This document shows, piece by piece, positions 22,903 to 26,229 of a stretch of DNA of 26,229 nt. Below the pieces are notes generated by a model, which worked only from the letters and a program-made list of their open reading frames with translations, ran no database searches and had not been told where the DNA came from. Numbering within the stretch: the stretch's first letter is position 1; every line of letters starts with the position of its first letter. Source of the DNA: Rotaria socialis (lineage: Eukaryota); NCBI GenBank assembly GCA_905331295.1, contig CAJNYD010000557.1:124001-150229 (forward strand), read 5' to 3'. The position numbers and the translations under genes were made by a program.

Positions 22903-23333
22903 TAGGGGTGCCACATTTAAATTTTGGAAACTAGTAGATAGGCATAGTTTTTGCCTTGGTTGCTATTATTTAAAGTCAAATTTGAGTATGTTTCCTGTTT
23001 TCTAAAGTTAAAGCTAGTCATTCTTTTACGAATTGTGCTATTAAATGTATTTTTACGAGTATCCTGGTATCCTGAAGAAGAAATATGGCGGATCCGGCAT
23101 AATCTGTAGAGAAATTTTGACTATTATAAACAAATATTAGCCTAAAATACTAGGTTCTCCTCTCATTTAGTATTTACTACTGTTAAAGTCACGTATTTTC
23201 CTCATAGCAATGATGTGTGTCCAACCAGACAATTTATTAAATTTAAATTTAACTTGATAAAATTTAATTTAAAATAAATAAACTTCTCGCGAAGTTAAAT
23301 TTAAATTAAATAAACTGTAAATTGACGCCCCTA
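22903..23333. mobile_element. hAT-type MITE, 431 bp
   Basis: Imperfect TIRs TAGGGGTGCCA (22903) and TAGGGGCGTCA (reverse complement of the right end at 23333); perfect 8-bp TSD TTTTTATT at 22895-22902 and 23334-23341; AAATTTAA-type subterminal repeats at about 23240-23310; no ORF. Confidence 0.85.
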
Positions 23334-26022
23334 TTTTTATTCTAATTTTAGAGGATTTAAAAAAAAGAATAGAAGAAAAACATCGTATTGTGATTACCAA
23401 ATACAGCTAAATCGTGTGGCAAGTTTCTATTACATGACAAAAGGGTTAACTACTGATGTCAGCGAAACAACAAATGACAGTTCAATGATTCGAAAGTAAT
23501 GATGGAAATATTTTAACTTTTCCGCAATGAACCTAATAGCTAAGTGCTCTCGTTTTGACGTATCCGGTGAGTTTGTGAGAGTTCTATTTAAAGCCTCGTA
23601 AGCTCCAAGCGAATTCTCGGAGGTATGGTTGAATGACGTCTTTACTTATACTAGCTGATACGGAAAAGAGCGATACAAACCAAGCAGGTAGCTGAAATAG
23701 TTAAAGGTCAAATGTTTCTTAAAGTTCGGAAAATGATTTTCTTTTTAGATGGTTAAATCACGTTCGTTCTAAAATAATTTTTCTTAAATGCTGTGTAGTC
23801 CTGCTCGCTGATTAGTAAAGAAATATTCCTTTTTGATTGCTTGCACTCCATCATAGTGATTAATGAGGAACTATACTGCTCAATGTTGAATTCCAACAGT
23901 TACAATTGAATAGAAATCTGTTTATTTCACCAAGTTAATAATAAAATTCTGAGTATGTTTTGCTCAAATGATGGGATCGTGACAAATATATCATTATTAT
24001 TTTAATGAATATGTTGCTACGTTTTCTACATTAAACTCATTCCTCACGAGTAGCGATGAATGCTCAAGTATAGAAAAAAGCCTAAAGTTGAAATGCGATA
24101 AAAAAAACTACTAATAATTGCAATCTCAATATTTTCCTTTGACCTGACCTTATTCTAGACTCAATCTTACTGAAGTCCGCAAACTACATTCCCTTACAAA
24201 AAATAGGACATGATCTCTCTAGTTCTTAATCGAATGAATCGATCTATTCAAGCATGAAAATTCTATTTCACTCTTGAAATGTAAAACGAAAAAAAGTGGA
24301 ATGGTAAGAAAGGTCGCTCGCAATACACACAGACGAAGAAGCTAAACTACAACCTAAAACATACATACGTATATTTATGGATGTACATAAAGTATTAGAA
24401 AAGACATGAGTAAATAAAAGAAAAAATTGCTAAAACCTTGTGCATATCGATAGGAAGAAAAGAGTTGCGTACGGCATATCCATGCATAATCCAAGTTTAG
24501 TATATCTGTACGTACTATAGAAATATACTATTTAGGTTCTTGTCGATCTCATTTTCCCAAGAAGATCGACAGTAATACGATAGGCATACCTAAATGACGA
24601 AGCAAAAAGGATTGTATACCATTATTTGTCTATATAAAGAATTTATCGTCATCGAGCTAAAAACAGAGCATGCATATCAGTAGCTTTCTTCAGAATCAAA
24701 ATGGCAACAGGAACGTATTGCGCCACTTTCTGAGAATATTCGATATTGCAATGCGCACAAAGACTTACTTTCTCTACCACCAGTTTTCTTTGTATAAAAA
24801 GAGACATTGTTTATTTTGATCAATGACAACGTTGCCTCATCGTCAACGCTTGTTGAATTGTTATTTTAATAAATACATGCTATCATGCACGTACGGTATA
24901 TGCCGAAACATTCGCACAAGATAATTCAGTTGGCATTTATTATGATTGGCATTAATTGCAGATGACATTGTGAATCATCTGTTAATTGAGTATACTAATA
25001 TTTGGCATGAAGCATACTTCTACTTGTCCTATCAAGACATTTCGATGGATACCTTTCTTAGATAAGACGATAATAAGAAAATAATAAGATTCTTTGCTCA
25101 GTGCAAATAGAAGGGACTAAGTGAGAATTGAACAGGGAGATCATCTAGGAATTGCATAGGAGAATAATTCGACAATAAACAATTGCAGCTACTGATCATT
25201 GTAGACAAACGAAAGAGAATAAACCCATGGGTGTGCGACTGCTGCTCTGGAAAAAGGTTCTTTTATCGACTGCAATTAGAAAATTTGTAAGTGAATTTTC
25301 ATTTCATTGTGTACCAATAAATATGAAAAAAGTATTTTTAGAAAATTATATTTGTTCAATCTTGCTATTGTTATAAATAAAATGTGATCTGAAAAGCCAT
25401 TATAAGACTTTCTTTAGACAATAGAATTAAAAATAGGAATATTTTATAAAACTCGACTACTTGGATTTTTACGATAAGTTCAATAAAAGAGAAAATAAAA
25501 TGGAACAAATTTTAAAAAGAATATCTATAGATGTAATTATTTTTAGTCTCTTCGATGTTTCGTAAGCTGAATGTTTCACGCACTCGTTTCTTCTGCCTCA
25601 TACGTCAGAAGCTTCTTAAGAAAATATTAGACACGATTTTGGATAGATGACTCTTTAGAATTAAAAAATAATGATTTTGATAATTGTAGTCTATCTTACA
25701 AAAGAAGAAATATTTTACGAGTACCTTCAATTTTTGTCTTTTGTGATCCGCCTATCAGAAGAGATAATCACACGAAAAAGTGGGTGGTGCCTAAAATAAT
25801 TTTCAGCTCAATCAAACATGAAATTTTACTGACGCGCGAGAGGAAATTGTTGCTATTTTTCGCCATCTCATAGAAAAAAACACAGTTTACTCATTAAATT
25901 GCACTTGTGCTAGAAATTCCGAGATAGGGTGCAATGAATAAGCGATTCAATCATAATTATTTTATAGTTTCAGTGAAGGATTCATTAACAACTGCAAAAT
26001 TACTAAAAAAAAGGGTTCTGTA

Positions 26023-26044
26023 ATATATATATATATATATATAT
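26023..26044. repeat. (AT)11 microsatellite
   Basis: Directly visible. Shorter (AT)n runs also occur at about 16587-16602, 20516-20531 and 20957-20970. Confidence 0.9.
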
Positions 26045-26229
26045 CATATAATCATTAGTCAGTATGCAGAGTCAAAACAATAACTTCAACATAGATGTCA
26101 CGGCCACGTGATCCTATGATGATCGGCAACCCATAATCATTAACGGGGGAAGCGTTGGACGAATGGGGTGCAGATACCGTCGTCTGTAAAAGAGAAAAAA
26201 CGATAGAACCTGGCTGCTTGTGGACCCTT

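Overview
AT-rich eukaryotic genomic DNA with mostly very short (about 50-95 nt) spliceosomal introns. The intron style and the B-box/coiled-coil/propeller gene suggest a bdelloid rotifer; this is an inference, not proven. Six host genes can be reconstructed by hand: G-protein beta-5 (minus, runs off the left edge, one GC-AG intron), an 11-exon 436-aa RGG/Tyr-rich disordered protein with no recognisable folded domain (minus), MVB12 (plus), two divergent neuronal calcium sensor (NCS) family EF-hand genes (minus), and between them an intronless RING-less B-box + coiled-coil + beta-propeller protein (minus). Mobile DNA: a 5'-truncated RTE-like LINE (5815-7213, 12-bp TSD) nested inside a Mutator/Phantom-like non-autonomous element (5534-7603, 8-bp TSD, GGGGAC subterminal repeats), whose FLYWCH-like reading frame is restored when the LINE is removed, and a hAT-type MITE (22903-23333, 8-bp TSD). 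No rRNA, tRNA or CRISPR array was recognised. I cannot support a wholly new biological system here; the best novelty candidates are the modular disordered protein and the TRIM-like B-box/propeller gene.
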